DNA of 63,935 nucleotides, filler included, from Olpidium bornovanus S191 (taxonomy: Eukaryota > Fungi > Olpidiomycota), in NCBI GenBank assembly GCA_017911155.1. It is 31 parts of 31 records of this genome, joined end to end, with 100 filler letters (N's around TTAATTAATTAA, not from the genome) between each part and the next. Parts side by side here need not be neighbours in the genome. Positions count along the whole stretch, not along the records: positions 1 to 1,207 come from JAEFCI010004869.1; positions 1,308 to 2,359 come from JAEFCI010011267.1; positions 2,460 to 3,891 come from JAEFCI010012494.1; positions 3,992 to 5,158 come from JAEFCI010012787.1; positions 5,259 to 6,898 come from JAEFCI010000849.1; positions 6,999 to 8,832 come from JAEFCI010004808.1; positions 8,933 to 10,788 come from JAEFCI010003424.1; positions 10,889 to 13,501 come from JAEFCI010009844.1; 23 more parts are not named here. One strand, written 5' to 3'. Positions 1 to 12,014 of this stretch are shown here, one piece after another. The notes beneath the pieces were generated by a model. The model made no database searches, was not told the origin of the DNA, and saw only the letters and a program-made list of their open reading frames with translations. Position numbers and translations under genes: made by a program. The stretch's first letter is position 1. Each line of letters opens with the position of its first letter.

Positions 1-1068
1 ACGATGAAGAACTAATGGAGTCGATACTTGATGAGATCCGAGAATGATCCGAAAAAAAAATAATTTACGCCGGAGGGAGAAAATACTTTCTAAACTATTT
101 ACGATACCCCGCATCCGCATGATACGGTTAGGTTTGTCCCTCGATGAGCCTGCCCCTTCTTTTTTCTTTTTTTTTTTTTTTGGTGAGCAAGCTGGGACCT
201 GTCGACTAATTCTAGTACGTTATGCGCGTAGAAAATCGTTCATCCTACGTGCGGCGCCAAAATTTTCTTAATTCTGCTTTCTTTTCTGGCCGATTCTTTT
301 TTTTGTGGTTGGGGCTGATTCTCCGGAAATCGCATGCAGATTTTCCCTCTGTTTCGTCCTGCGAATGAGGGGTTGGAGTTGGGCAGAAACAAGTGCTCTT
401 TTCTGCAACATGAACGGACTGCGATTCGTCTGCAAAGCCCCCACGTCCTGTAAGTAATGGGAAAGGTCGCTGGCAGTCCGTGCCTCTCCTTTCTCCTTTT
501 CATTGTGTGGTGTTTTGCCCGGCGCACAACTTGGCAGCTGCAGGGTTGCGGTAGAAGACCACGTGACCCGAAGCGTACGGGAAAGAGGATCGTGAGCTTC
601 ACGTCACCGAAGACAGGATGCCCCATCGACGGCTGTTTGGGTTCCGTTTCTTTTGTTTTCTTTGAACGATGTGATGTTTTCACCGGGCGGGCGACCATCC
701 GTCCGCGCCCGCCCGCCCGATCCCCTGCCCTTTTCGACCAACGCCGGCAACCGCGCAATGTCCCTCCCCTGCGGCGATGACGATCAAAGCTTGGGCTCTT
801 TCTCGCCCCAAGGCGCCCCGCCCGTACCTGCCGCCGATTTCTCTTTTTTTTTTTTGTGCGTCTCGCCTGTTTTGCCATGATACCCCTTCCACGCGCTTGA
901 AAGCGCGTTTCGCGTCTGCGCGTGGTTCCTCGGGAAGAGGCCTCTCGGGGCCACGCGCGCTGGGGACTCCTGCCGGAGAGAGAGAGAGAGAGAGAGAGAT
1001 CCGGGCGGGTCCGCGAAAGGCCTCCTCCGCCTGCAGGCGGACGGTCCGTCCGTGAAAGCCTCCGGAAA

Positions 1069-1106
<38 letters not shown>

Positions 1107-1307
1107 AGGGGGGGGGGGGGGGGGGAGGGGCGGGGCCGGCCGGCCTGGCATGATCTACCCACCATGAACGACGACACGTAGACCTGTCCCGACGCAAAGT
1201 ACCGATCNNNNNNNNNNNNNNNNNNNNNNNNNNNNNNNNNNNNNNNNNNNNTTAATTAATTAANNNNNNNNNNNNNNNNNNNNNNNNNNNNNNNNNNNNN
1301 NNNNNNN

Positions 1308-2214
1308 CATGTTCGACTCCTCGATACCGTGGACGGCCTTCGAATACGAGGAATGGGGCAACCCGGCCACGGACCGGCACATCTACGAGGTGATGAAGAC
1401 GTACTGCCCGTACACAAACATTTGCCTGCAGGACTACCCGGACACGCTGGTCATCGGAGGGATGAACGACCCGCGCGTGGCCTTCTTCGAGCCGCTCAAG
1501 TTCGTGGCCAAGCTGCGCAAGTTCAAGAGGCTGCAGCTAGAGAGTAAGAGGGCCGCGCAAGCCGCGTCGTTCGCGAGAGGACCGGAGACTGGAGGCGGGG
1601 AAGCGGGCCCCGCAACCGCCTGCGAGGAGGAGGACACGCTCCTCCTGCTCAAAATGGACTACGCGGGCCACGGGGGAAACTCGGGGCAGTACTCGTACCT
1701 GGAGGTAGCGTGTTTTTAACCGGAGCCCTTTTCCCCCCTCCTCCCCCTTCTTCCCCTTATTCGGGATGCCCCCCCCCCCCCCCCCCGGCAATAGACTTTC
1801 ATAATTATGCTTTTTCTGTTTTTTTTCGGGTCGTAAAATCCCACGCTAACGCTTGCTCGCGTCGCGCGTCCACGCCTCACTTCCACCCCCCATTACACCC
1901 CCGGATTCTCCGCCCTTTGCCCGCGCGCGCGCGCCTTGCAACACACGCGCGCGTGACTCGCAGGACCTAGCCTTTGAATACGCCTTCCTCGTCTCGAAGC
2001 TCAAGGCGCCGGTGCGGCCTGTGCGGGACGTCTCGCTGCTTGCGGCGAGCAACGGCGCGGCCGAGGAGGAAGTGTCGGAAGAGGAAACGGAAGCGTCGCC
2101 GGCGCCCCTGTCCACAATCCAAAGCTTCCGGAAGCGGTTCTCGGGCGTCTTCGGCGGCGGGTCCGGCAGCGAATACCGGAGCGTGGGAAAGAAGGGCGAC
2201 CGGGCGCAGCCGAG
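1308..2214 (+). CDS. Oligopeptidase B / prolyl oligopeptidase family S9A, C-terminal fragment (exons 1308-1704 and 1964-about 2214)
   Basis: Motifs EYEEWGNP, YCPYTNI, GGMNDPRV (catalytic Asp) and AGHGG (catalytic His). A phase-0 GT-AG intron at 1705-1963 joins SYLE|DLAFEYAFL, matching the OpdB C-terminal consensus. Confidence 0.9.
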
Positions 2215-2627
2215 GTGGGAAAAAAAAAGCCGGGGAAAGGGGGGGGGGAGGGAGGGAGCGCGGGGCGCGCAAACCCGTCATTTTTTTTCCCCTGTCGGTT
2301 TTGTTTTTTCTGTCTGTATTTGGACGTTTTACGGCGATGCTTGCTAAAAATGGAATGGGNNNNNNNNNNNNNNNNNNNNNNNNNNNNNNNNNNNNNNNNN
2401 NNNTTAATTAATTAANNNNNNNNNNNNNNNNNNNNNNNNNNNNNNNNNNNNNNNNNNNNAAAATCTTCCGCCCCCTTTCCACCCTTCCCCGACAAAGCAC
2501 GGGACGCGGGCAGCCCCCGAGCGAAAGTTGGGCGTGCCCTGGGACGGCCGACGGTCGGAAACGGCGGCTGGAAGGGAAAAAAAAAAAAAAAAAAGAACGA
2601 AAAAGGAAAGGGAAGAGAAAAAAAGGG

Positions 2628-2712
2628 GTGGGGAGGGAGCGAGTGGGGAGGGAGCGAGTGGGGAGGGAGCGAGTGGGGAGGGAGCAAGTGGGGAGGGAGC
2701 AAGTGGGGAGGG
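2628..2712 (+). repeat. 15-bp G-rich tandem repeat (GTGGGGAGGGAGC[G/A]A), about 5.6 copies, ending just upstream of an ATG
   Basis: Units read directly at 2628, 2643, 2658, 2673, 2688 and a partial at 2703. Confidence 0.9.
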
Positions 2713-2722
2713 GGAAAAACAC

Positions 2723-3535
2723 ATGGGCGACGTATCCGTTCTCGACCGCCTCAGGCGGATAGAGTTCGGCGCGCCGCCGTCCCACCAGCTCGCGGCGAAG
2801 CCCGCGAAGGCCAAGTCGTCGGCGTCAAAAGACCTCGAGGCGAAGGCGTACGTGGCCCAGTTCGTGACTGAGGTCAAGAGGTTCCACGCGGCGAACAAGG
2901 AGCTGCGGACGAAAGCGTGCGCCGAGATCGGCCACTTGACGTACCACGGAGGCGAGTCGGTGCAATCGGTGGGATGTGTGATGGTTTTCTTTTTTCGATT
3001 GAAAAAGCAGCCCGAGTTACCGTGTTGTTGGCGGAAAGCCGCACCCTCTCCCGCTTTACCCTTCGACATACACTTGGGCTGCAGGGGAACCCCGTCTCTT
3101 TCTCTCACTCTCTTTCTCTCTATCTTCTCTCCTTTCACAATGATTTTTTCCTGCGCAGTACCTCCTCACGGACGACCGTCTCATTCAAACAATGCTCTCC
3201 GTGATCGCAAACAGGAGCGAAATAATCGCGCTGCGAAAGGTTGCGCGCTCGCTGGGGCGAGGGGGGCGTGTTGGCCGGGGAGGGAGGGCAAAGGGCGGTT
3301 CTTCTGCTCGTGCGCTTTTTCGTCGAGCTGCGGGACTCACGCCGTCATTTCCCTTCCCCCTTCACCCCACCGCCCCCTTCCGCCGGTTAAAAAATGTTCG
3401 TTTTCACAGCAAGTGGTCCAAACGTTGCAAGTGATCGTCCACTGCGCGCGAGTGAACGTGCTGGGAGAAGTCCTGATGAAGAACCACGCGAACGTGACGC
3501 TGGCGAACAGCATCAACGACGACAACGAGGAAATG
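2723..3535 (+). CDS. Armadillo/HEAT-like helical protein, 5' part (exons 2723-2968, 3159-3239, 3410-3535); possibly ARMH2-like
   Basis: Three phase-0 exons with canonical GT-AG give ...LRTKACAEIGHLTYHGGESVQS|YLLTDDRLIQTMLSVIANRSEIIALRK|QVVQTLQVIVHC..., an amphipathic helical pattern. The family assignment is from memory. Confidence 0.6.
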
Positions 3536-3646
3536 GTGAGCCCGTCCGTTCTTCCTGCAGGAACCCCGTTGGCTCAGGTCCATTCTCTCTCTTTCTCTCA
3601 TATTTTTTTTTCTTGTTGTGCACGGTGCGGCGCTGTGACGTCAAAC

Positions 3647-3704
<58 letters not shown>

Positions 3705-3891
3705 AAAGGTCAAAAAGCCCAAACGCCAACCCGGAGGGCCCTAAAGGCCCTCCCCTTCCCATCCCTCCTTCCCATCCCTCCCTCCCGCCCTCCTTCTCTC
3801 CCTCCCTCCCTCCTTCCCATCCCTCCTCCCTCCCTCCCTCCCTCCCTGCTCCCATCTCTCCCTCCTTCCCATCTCTCCCTCCCTCCCTCCC
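3647..3891. repeat. Poly-A run followed by (CCCT)n-like low-complexity tract at the contig end
   Basis: Read directly from the sequence. Confidence 0.85.
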
Positions 3892-3991
3892 NNNNNNNNN
3901 NNNNNNNNNNNNNNNNNNNNNNNNNNNNNNNNNNNTTAATTAATTAANNNNNNNNNNNNNNNNNNNNNNNNNNNNNNNNNNNNNNNNNNNN

Positions 3992-4948
3992 CATGCTGCG
4001 ACAGGGAAGCTGCGCGAAGGCATCTTGGCGTCGAGGAGGGTGGATTCGTTTGCTGTCGAGGGTGAGGAAAATGCCGTTGTTGCGGGCTGGGATGAACGGG
4101 TACCGTGGCGTTCGCTGTGGCGGGCTGCAGTCGCAATCCACTGCTCTGAATTTCCGGGCACGCGTTTTGGTCACGCCAGTGTACGAGACGTCCGCGGACA
4201 TTTCCCTCCTGCCTCCCGTCAATTTCGAGGAACTTCAGCGTTCGATACGTGTCTTGTGCGACCTCCTTTACCACGAAACGGCTCTCGCTGGCAGGAGGGT
4301 GCGATACCTTGCCGTGGATCTTCTGCTTCGTGTTTCGCGAAAGACGGAGGAGGAGACCGCCTGCGCCCTGAAGGCTCTGCTTAGAGCACTGGCGGATACC
4401 AGCCAGGAGTGTCCTGCAGAAGACCGCAGGCTTGCGAGCTCGGGGTTGTGTGTCCGGCGTGGACTGGCGGCGGACGATTACGTTGACATAGCTCGCGCGG
4501 CCCGTGAAATCTGCACGACGGATGTGTTTGGGATTCTGAAAGTGAGTCTTGCCGCGTGCAAGGCCGAGAACGGGCGCCCTTCCCGTTTCTCTTTCTGTGC
4601 AGGAACACGTTCCAACGTTTTTTTTTGGTGTGATGTCGTCCCATGCGTCATCCGGTCGAAAAGTCGACATTACCAGCATTTCGCAAGCGCACGTTTTGTA
4701 CGCTTGCGAAGGCATACAGGTGCCTTCCCGGCGCCTTCCTGGCCGACCTCCTCCTGCTTGATTTAGACACCGACTCGGCCTTCCAGGACGAGAAACTGCG
4801 AGCACAGACATCTACCGGTCGTCTGCCGTCGCCGCACTGCGCACGGCGGCTGCTGATGGAGTATCTCGCAGCGAACCACCTGGATCCCGACCGCGTGGTT
4901 GTTGGGGATACCGTCTGGCTCCGGGGGCCGCCGCCTGCCGCGAAGTGA
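3992..4948 (+). CDS. Unassigned spliced gene, 3' part (helical-repeat-like exon ending ...DVFGILK|GTGAGT; last exon ...LLMEYLAANHLDPDRVVVGDTVWLRGPPPAAK*)
   Basis: Protein-like composition, a strong donor near 4542 and a stop at 4948. No family recognised. Confidence 0.45.
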
Positions 4949-5076
4949 CCCCGCGGGCCGCTTGGCTCTACGAGGTCTCGATCTCGGCTCCACAGGCCTC
5001 TGCCTCCTGCCACACCCTGCTGTTTTTCTTTCGAGGATCATGCTGAACTTGGACCATTTATCACACTGCGGCACAG

Positions 5077-5158
5077 GTTCGCGACTTGTTCGAGCGCGCC
5101 CAGGCCGCGAAGCCCTGTGTACTGTTTTTTGACGAATTCGACTCATTAGCCCCGAGAC
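5077..5158 (+). CDS. PEX1: Peroxin-1 AAA ATPase, single internal exon (D2 Walker B region)
   Basis: After a CAG acceptor: [27 protein letters not shown], the PEX1-type rather than PEX6/CDC48-type wording. Confidence 0.75.
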
Positions 5159-5275
5159 NNNNNNNNNNNNNNNNNNNNNNNNNNNNNNNNNNNNNNNNNN
5201 NNTTAATTAATTAANNNNNNNNNNNNNNNNNNNNNNNNNNNNNNNNNNNNNNNNNNNNACCCCCCGGGGGGGGGG

Positions 5276-5353
<78 letters not shown>

Positions 5354-5406
5354 TCCTCCTCTTCTAACCCCATCCATCCCCCTTCACCTCGCTCGCCCTC
5401 ACTCAA

Positions 5407-6597
5407 ATGATGCCCGCCGGCCCGGCCGTTGCTGCTGTCGACGCCACGCCCCCGCCCGCCGCCGCCGCCGCCGCAACCGCAACCCCAGGGACCGCCGGAG
5501 CCCCCGCCAAGGATCCCGCCCGCCGCGACGCCGCCCCCCCGCCCAAGGACGCCGTGCCGCGGCCGCTGGCGCTCTACACCAGGAAACAGGTCGCCCTCTC
5601 CGCGCCGCCCGCCGTGCTGGTCGTCGCCGACGGCCTCGTCTACGACCTGGCCGCCTTCGTCCGCCAGCACCCGGGCGGCGCGGACCTCGTCCTCGGCCGC
5701 GCAGGCACGGACGTTTCCGAGGTCCTGCGCGACCCGGCCGTCCACCAGCACTCCGCGACCGCGTACGACGTCCTCGAGGAGCACCTCGTCGGGAGGATCG
5801 TCGACGGGCCCGAGGAACAGGAGCGGCCGTCGCGCGAGATAGACGACAGCGTTCTCGACGGGTTGGCGATCGCCGAACCTCGCCGGGAGCCGGACGCGTT
5901 GCGGGCGCGGACCAGCAAGGAACCGGCGCGGGAGGCGCGGGCGGCCCCGGTGAGTGTGTTCCCCGGTTGCCGCGTGCGCGGTCCCGCGGGAGGGGGGGCG
6001 AACCGCTCCCGGTCGCGGCGGTGCGGTCGCTCGCGGAGCGGGGTTTTCCCGGCTGCCGGCGTGCGGGTTCCTGCCGGGGCGGGGTGTTCGCGGGCGCGGC
6101 CCCGGCGCGAGTTGTTACCGAGAACCCGGCCCAGCTGACCGCTTCTCCTGCCCCGCCCCGGCCGCTTCGAATTTGGCGGCAGGCCGCCGGCGCACCGCCC
6201 GTCGACGGCGTCGATCGAGAATTCCTGGACTTCACGAGGCCGCTCGTTGCTCAGGTGGCGCGGGGCAGGTTCTCGAAGTCGTTCTACCTCGCCCAGGTCC
6301 ACAGGCCGCGCCACCTGCGGGAGTCCGCCCGCTTTTTCGCGAACCCCGTGTGGGAGGCGCTCACCCGCACCCCGTGGTTCGTCGTGCCCGTTGTCTGGCT
6401 CCCGTACGCCGCCTACCTCGCGTGGTTCGGCTGGTCGGTGCTGGCGGTACCGGCGGCCGCCTTCGCGGCGGCTTTGGTCGCGGGACTTCTCTTCTGGACC
6501 GTCATCGAGTACAGCCTGCACCGGTTCTTGTTTCACGCGGACGAGTGGATGCCGGAATCGCAGCTGTGCTTTCTCCTCCACTTCACCGTTCACGGGG
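5407..6597 (+). CDS. SCS7: Sphingolipid fatty acid 2-hydroxylase with N-terminal cytochrome b5 domain, 5' part (exons 5407-5949 and about 6183-6597)
   Basis: b5 heme motif VYDL..FVRQHPGG, FLDFTRPLVAQ, VHRPRH, TPWFVVP, His boxes EYSLHRFLFH and LHFTVHG(V); GTGAGT donors at 5950 and 6598. Confidence 0.93.
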
Positions 6598-6999
6598 GTG
6601 AGTCGGACCCGCTCGTTCGGCTGTTTTCGCCCCGCGGGAGGCATTCGCGGGAGGAACGTCGCGCACCGTTTACTTACCGAGTCCCGGTCGAATGCCCGGG
6701 GTTGCAGTCCATCATCTAATCCCGATGGACAAGTAAGCATCCGTGCGGCCGAAGATCGCTTTTCCAGTTCGGCCGGTCAACCCGGCACTGAAGCGGATTT
6801 TTTCTTTCTTTCCTGTGACAAACCAGGCTTCGACTCGTGATGCCGCCTGTCCTTCTCTTTGTTTTGCAGCTGCCCATATCCAGCGCGGTCTTCGCATGNN
6901 NNNNNNNNNNNNNNNNNNNNNNNNNNNNNNNNNNNNNNNNNNTTAATTAATTAANNNNNNNNNNNNNNNNNNNNNNNNNNNNNNNNNNNNNNNNNNNNC

Positions 7000-8544
7000 A
7001 TGAGGAAATTGTACCAGAAGATTGTTGAGGGCAAGTTCACTTCTCCGGCTTACCTGTCACCTTGTAAGTCGTGTTATGCCGAAACGCGCGAGTCCTGCAC
7101 GACTCTCTCGCCCCGGGGAGGCGACTGATTAACCGCGGGGACCCGCAAAGCGTGCGATGATTTGATCCACCGAATGATCACAGTCGACGCGAGCAAGCGG
7201 ATCACGCTGGAAGAGATTAAAAACCATCCGTGGGTGCTTGAGGATTACGGAGTGCCGCCTACGAACGAGAACCTCAACCGCCGGATTCCAACGGAAATCG
7301 ACGAATGTCTGCTCTCCAAGGTAGCCTTCTACGGAGTGGACGAGACGACTGCAAGGCAGAAAATCCTGACGGATCCAAAGAGCACGGCGTTCGCGACGTA
7401 CTACCTGCTCCTGGAGAAGGCGAAACGGGACGAAGAAGAGAGGAATCAGAAGGCGGCCGCCGCCGCCGCTGCCGCGCAGGCGGAGTTGTCTGAGAATTCA
7501 GATCAGGCTTGTTTGGTGCGCCCTGTCACGAAGGCAAATCGGCGGCAGACCATCGCCGCGACCGAAGCAAGTACCTGGCAACAGGCTGCCCTCCAGACTG
7601 CGCAGGCTGCGATAACAGACAAAGACAACACCAAAGTCGCCCAGATGACTCCCGCCGCCACCACCGCGGGCATCCCTACCACGGTAGTCGGCCGCAATGG
7701 CAAGTCCGTTCACAATCCCCCGGCTGTTGAGGCCGGAGTCCTGCCTCCGGCCGTCACCGTCAACATATCTAACGTGGCAGAAGAACCGAAAACCGCTGGG
7801 CCGAGTACAACGGCACCCAGTGGACCGGAACGGCACGAAAATACCGAGGCGATGATAGTGGAAGTGACGAAGATCAAAGCGGCCGATTCGGAAGCCTCTG
7901 TTTTTACTTCCACAGCTTCTGTTGCCGATGCGCCGCCACCGACTCCGACCTCAACCGGTCTGAGCCCCGCCTCTCCGCGAAGCCCCTCATCCCCGCAATC
8001 CCCAACCAGCAGCAGCCATGCACCGGCAGCAGTGCAGCCACAGCGGCCGCAATCACACCGTCCCGCCCCGGCGACCACGACAGGCGGGGTCAAGGAAAAA
8101 CCCGCTCGGCAGCGCTTCTCCTTTGATGAGGCGCATAAGGCAGTTCACCGCGCTGCTGAGATTGTGGCTTCGAAATTCCGGGGGAAGCGGCCGGAGGAGA
8201 GGGCGGCCGCGAAAGCCGGCGATGCCGGGGGGGGGGTAAACCTGCCCGTTGAGCCGAGAGTAGTGAGGGGTTTGTTCAACGTCGCTACAAGCACATCCAA
8301 ACCGGTTCCCGAGATTATCGCCGAGGTCAAGCGGGTGTTGGACGAATGCGTAGTCGAGTACTCGCATAAGAATTTTATCTTCCGTTGCTGCAACGGGTCA
8401 TCCCAAAACGCGGTGCTTTTCGAGATTGAGGTGTGCCGAATCCACAAGCTCTCTTTGTACGGGATTAACTTCAAGCGCATCAGGGGTGATTCGTGGCCTT
8501 ACAAAAAGCTGGCTAACAAAATTAGCAGCCAGTTTCGGTTGTGA
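7000..8544 (+). CDS. CAMK-group KIN1/MARK(PAR-1)-type kinase, C-terminal part: end of kinase domain, UBA and KA1 (exons 7000-7063, 7151-8544)
   Basis: LYQKIVEGKFTSPAYLS|..LIHRMITVDASKRITLEEIKNHPW; UBA-like ATYYLL; KA1 domain RGLFNVATSTSKP...FEIEVCRIHKLSLYGINFKRIRGDSWPYKKL. Confidence 0.9.
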
Positions 8545-9091
8545 ACAGCCGAGCCTAAGTGAATCGGCGGCGTTTGCAGCTTAAGCCAGGCAACCGCTCT
8601 GGAAATTTCTATCTAGGTGCATAACACAAAATATACTCTTCCCAAAGGCCGCAGGGCAATGAGTCAGCTCTGCAAAGCAACCATTGTAGCGTACATCCCG
8701 ATATTCCTTCTCGCAGATTATTCGCTCGCGAATTATTCACGGACAGCTCGAAGTTCGGCACCGGGAGGACGGATGAATTGTCAGGCACAAAGGTGATTTT
8801 GCCAACCCTGCGGGATTTGCATCCATCACATGNNNNNNNNNNNNNNNNNNNNNNNNNNNNNNNNNNNNNNNNNNNNTTAATTAATTAANNNNNNNNNNNN
8901 NNNNNNNNNNNNNNNNNNNNNNNNNNNNNNNNCGAAACAGGTGGCTGACGATACCTTTTTGCAGTGCTGAGCGCGAGCCCGCAGGCGTCCTTGTTTTTTT
9001 TTTGTTTCTTAAAGGGTGGTTTGTCTTCGAAATTAACCTTTTCCGGCGGCATGTCCCGCTGTGGCCGGGCCATTCGCCTTATCAACCCCAG

Positions 9092-9316
9092 GGAATCCGG
9101 GTCATCTTCACGGACGGCTCCCGTCTTATATTCCGCCTCTCGGGCACGGGCTCCTCGGGCGCGACCATCCGCATGTACGTCGAAAAGTACACGTCCGACC
9201 CGGCGATTTACGCGGCCGACCCTGCGGAGGCCCTCAAGGGTATCATCGAGATCGGGCTGCGGGTTTCCCGGCTCGTCGAGCACACCGGCCGCGCGGAGCC
9301 CACGGTGAAGACCTGA
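9092..9316 (+). CDS. PGM: Phosphoglucomutase, last exon
   Basis: GIRVIFTDGSRLIFRLSGTGSSGATIRMYVEKY...TGRAEPTVKT* after a CAG acceptor. Confidence 0.93.
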   Translation, partial: GIRVIFTDGSRLIFRLSGTGSSGATIRMYVEKYTSDPAIYAADPAEALKGIIEIGLRVSRLVEHTGRAEPTVKT

Positions 9317-11975
9317 TAATAAACTTAACCCCCTCTACCCTCCTACTTTCTCCCCCCCCCACCCCCCCCCTTTTCAACGGCCAAACCGGACGCGCACTAG
9401 CAGGCTCTGCGCGCTTCGCAGACTCGACCGAATATACAAACGGCCTGTGCACGAAACGGCAAGTTGCGGCCGATTTTTTCGGCGGGGGTTGTGCAGAGCA
9501 GCGAAAATTGGTTCGGGAATTTCTCGCAACAGGGCTTTTCCAAGGGGTCAAAGTCAGGGGCGAAGCGGCGGTCAAGAACTTTCCGATGTTTTCACGCGGT
9601 CTTGTCTTAAAGAAGGACCGGTCGGCGGTACTTTCCGCTGTCGGCAATTGTTGTCCAGTACCGGGGACGGCGTGTGGAAATGGTTCTCGGCCGGGATGCG
9701 CCCGTAGTTCAGGAGGAGGGGCAGGTGTGTGCCGTGTGTTGTGCATAGATGCCGGTCGGCGTTAAGATTTTCTTAAGGTTATGTGTGTGACCCCCCGGAC
9801 AGCAGGTATGGCGGCAACGGAAATCTCGTAGTCTTCCGGTGGATTTTCCTAGATGAGGGAGACGGGATTCTAGATTCAGCTTTTCCTTGAAAACTCCGCT
9901 AAAACTCCAAAAATTCTAACCGACGGGGCGGCTCCCAATTGGTCCTGCAATCTGAGTCGTCACTTCAAAGGTCCAATTTAGCGTCCGCTTAGGTAGTCCA
10001 AGGTGCGCGTCCCGAATCTCCGTCCTGGCTCGGCTCCCTGTTGCGAACAACACACAGGCGGTGGCGACAAGCGGGGGAGGGAGGGGGTGGGGAAGGGAAT
10101 GGGGCGGCGTCGCCCCCCGGCGTGCGCGCGATTCGATGTCGCACGGTTTGCCCTGCGCGAGCCTCCGCGCCCCCCCCCCCCCCCCTTTCTTTCCCCCCTT
10201 CTCTTTTTTCTACAGACGGTGTGTGGGTGGGGGAGGGGAGGGGGAGGGGGTGCAGCTGCTAAACGTGGCGTTTCTCGGCGGGTCACGTGACAAAACCCCG
10301 CCCGTGGGAAAAGCGGGAGGGAAGGGGGGGAGGGGGGGAAGAGGCTGTTGGAAAAAAGGGGGAAAAGGGGGTCGGATGTAGCCGGCGGCGCAGACTCCTG
10401 CGGGGAATCATCCCTCCTTTCTTCCCCCTGTAAATCCCGCACCCCGACGCCGCACAAAACAAAACCGAAAAAGCCTGTAGAAAACTCCACGGCGTTTTGA
10501 ACTGCGCAGTGCGGTCTCTGGCGTCCCCGCCGTCCGCCGTCTCCGCCCTCCCATCCTTGGTCCCTCCATTTGCGCCCCCGTCTTCCTTTGTCTCCTTTGC
10601 CACGTCCGTCGTTCAGAGGCTGGGACCCCGGCAACCCGCAAAATCCGCGCGAGCAGGAAAAGCGATGACCAAGTAAAAAAACAAAAAAAAAAACCAGAAT
10701 CAAAGACAATGCCGAAAAGAAAAAAGTTCTTTCTTTTTTTCCTTTTTTTTCTTTCCTCGGCTTCTTCACCCTATGCCCCCCAACCCCCNNNNNNNNNNNN
10801 NNNNNNNNNNNNNNNNNNNNNNNNNNNNNNNNTTAATTAATTAANNNNNNNNNNNNNNNNNNNNNNNNNNNNNNNNNNNNNNNNNNNNCTAGTTGTGATC
10901 TGCTCCCCGTCTTAAGTGGCCGATCGGCGGTCAGGGGCCACTACTTGCGTGCAAAAATACAAAAAACTATGGCGTCGACGGTTTCCGGGAGAACCGCGGT
11001 CCAGCCATGGTTGAATGGCCATAGAGACGAGCACAAACTCCGTAGCGCCTCGCCCACGAGCCGAGATGCCGTTGCAGAAGTACTCCAGTTGCACTCTTAG
11101 TATCACGGCGTTCGCTGCACCCGGCAAAAACACTTCTCCGCAAAGGGGTCGCAGCTGCGCGGACATGTGAGACGTCACGCTGCCCGCAAGACGACCAGCC
11201 GTAATATACGAATTACGAGCTGTAAATACACCACCTCGCACTTCCTACGCCGCATTACAACATTCTTGCGACCAGCTCTTTAGTTTACAGTAGTTGCGTG
11301 CAGGCGCGCGTAGTACTGTGCGCGTCTGTTCCCCAGGTCCTGCCCGAGAGCGCCAAGTGCGGGAGGGAAACGCCGGCTGGGGGCCTGGTCAGTCCTGAGG
11401 CAAAGAAAGATCGGGGACCTAGGAGTCAAATGGGTTGGGAAGGGCGAACGTCGGTCGTCCGAGAGTTGCCGGTAAAGAAGAAGAAACAGAGGTAGTTGTT
11501 CTATTCTTGCAACCTCCTTCCTCGGTTTGTGACGAAGTATAATAGTAACGGGTGGTGGCTGTTGGGGTCCAGATTGTTTGAGTCGCGGACAGCGGTTATT
11601 GATTGGCCGGGGTGGGCGAATTATTACGGCCGGGCGGGAATCTACAACCTCGGTGGCGCTCGAACAGCGGACAACCTTGCCGCCGGACGAAGAACGGGAA
11701 AAACGAGCGGATTGTGAAGAGATCAAGTATAATACGGACTCGTAGGCGAACAAGAGTTGTACTGTAATTTGCGGCGTGACCGCTACCCGCGCCCACCTCC
11801 GTGCGGGCAGGCCCCCGTCGCAACCGCGAGCGCCGTTCAACGAGCGCGTCAGCGCCCGTTTTGGGGTCAGCGAGGGGTCGCGTTTCAGAGCGCGAAACCA
11901 AACCTGTACCGAGACTTGCCCTGTCGGGCCGAAATTTGAGTGCGCGGGAGGCGCCCCGGGGACGCGCCCGGGGGT

Positions 11976-12014
<39 letters not shown>

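Noticed and set aside
1251-1262. Regularly recurring TTAATTAATTAA palindrome as a biological repeat or recombination site
   Set aside because: Always centred in N-runs; it is a six-frame-stop assembly linker.
2528-3943. Long ORFs in the track such as 2528-3943, 12355-13557, 31682-32857 and 41605-42489
   Set aside because: They run through introns, homopolymers and microsatellites or lie antisense to real genes; stop-poor GC-rich shadow frames.
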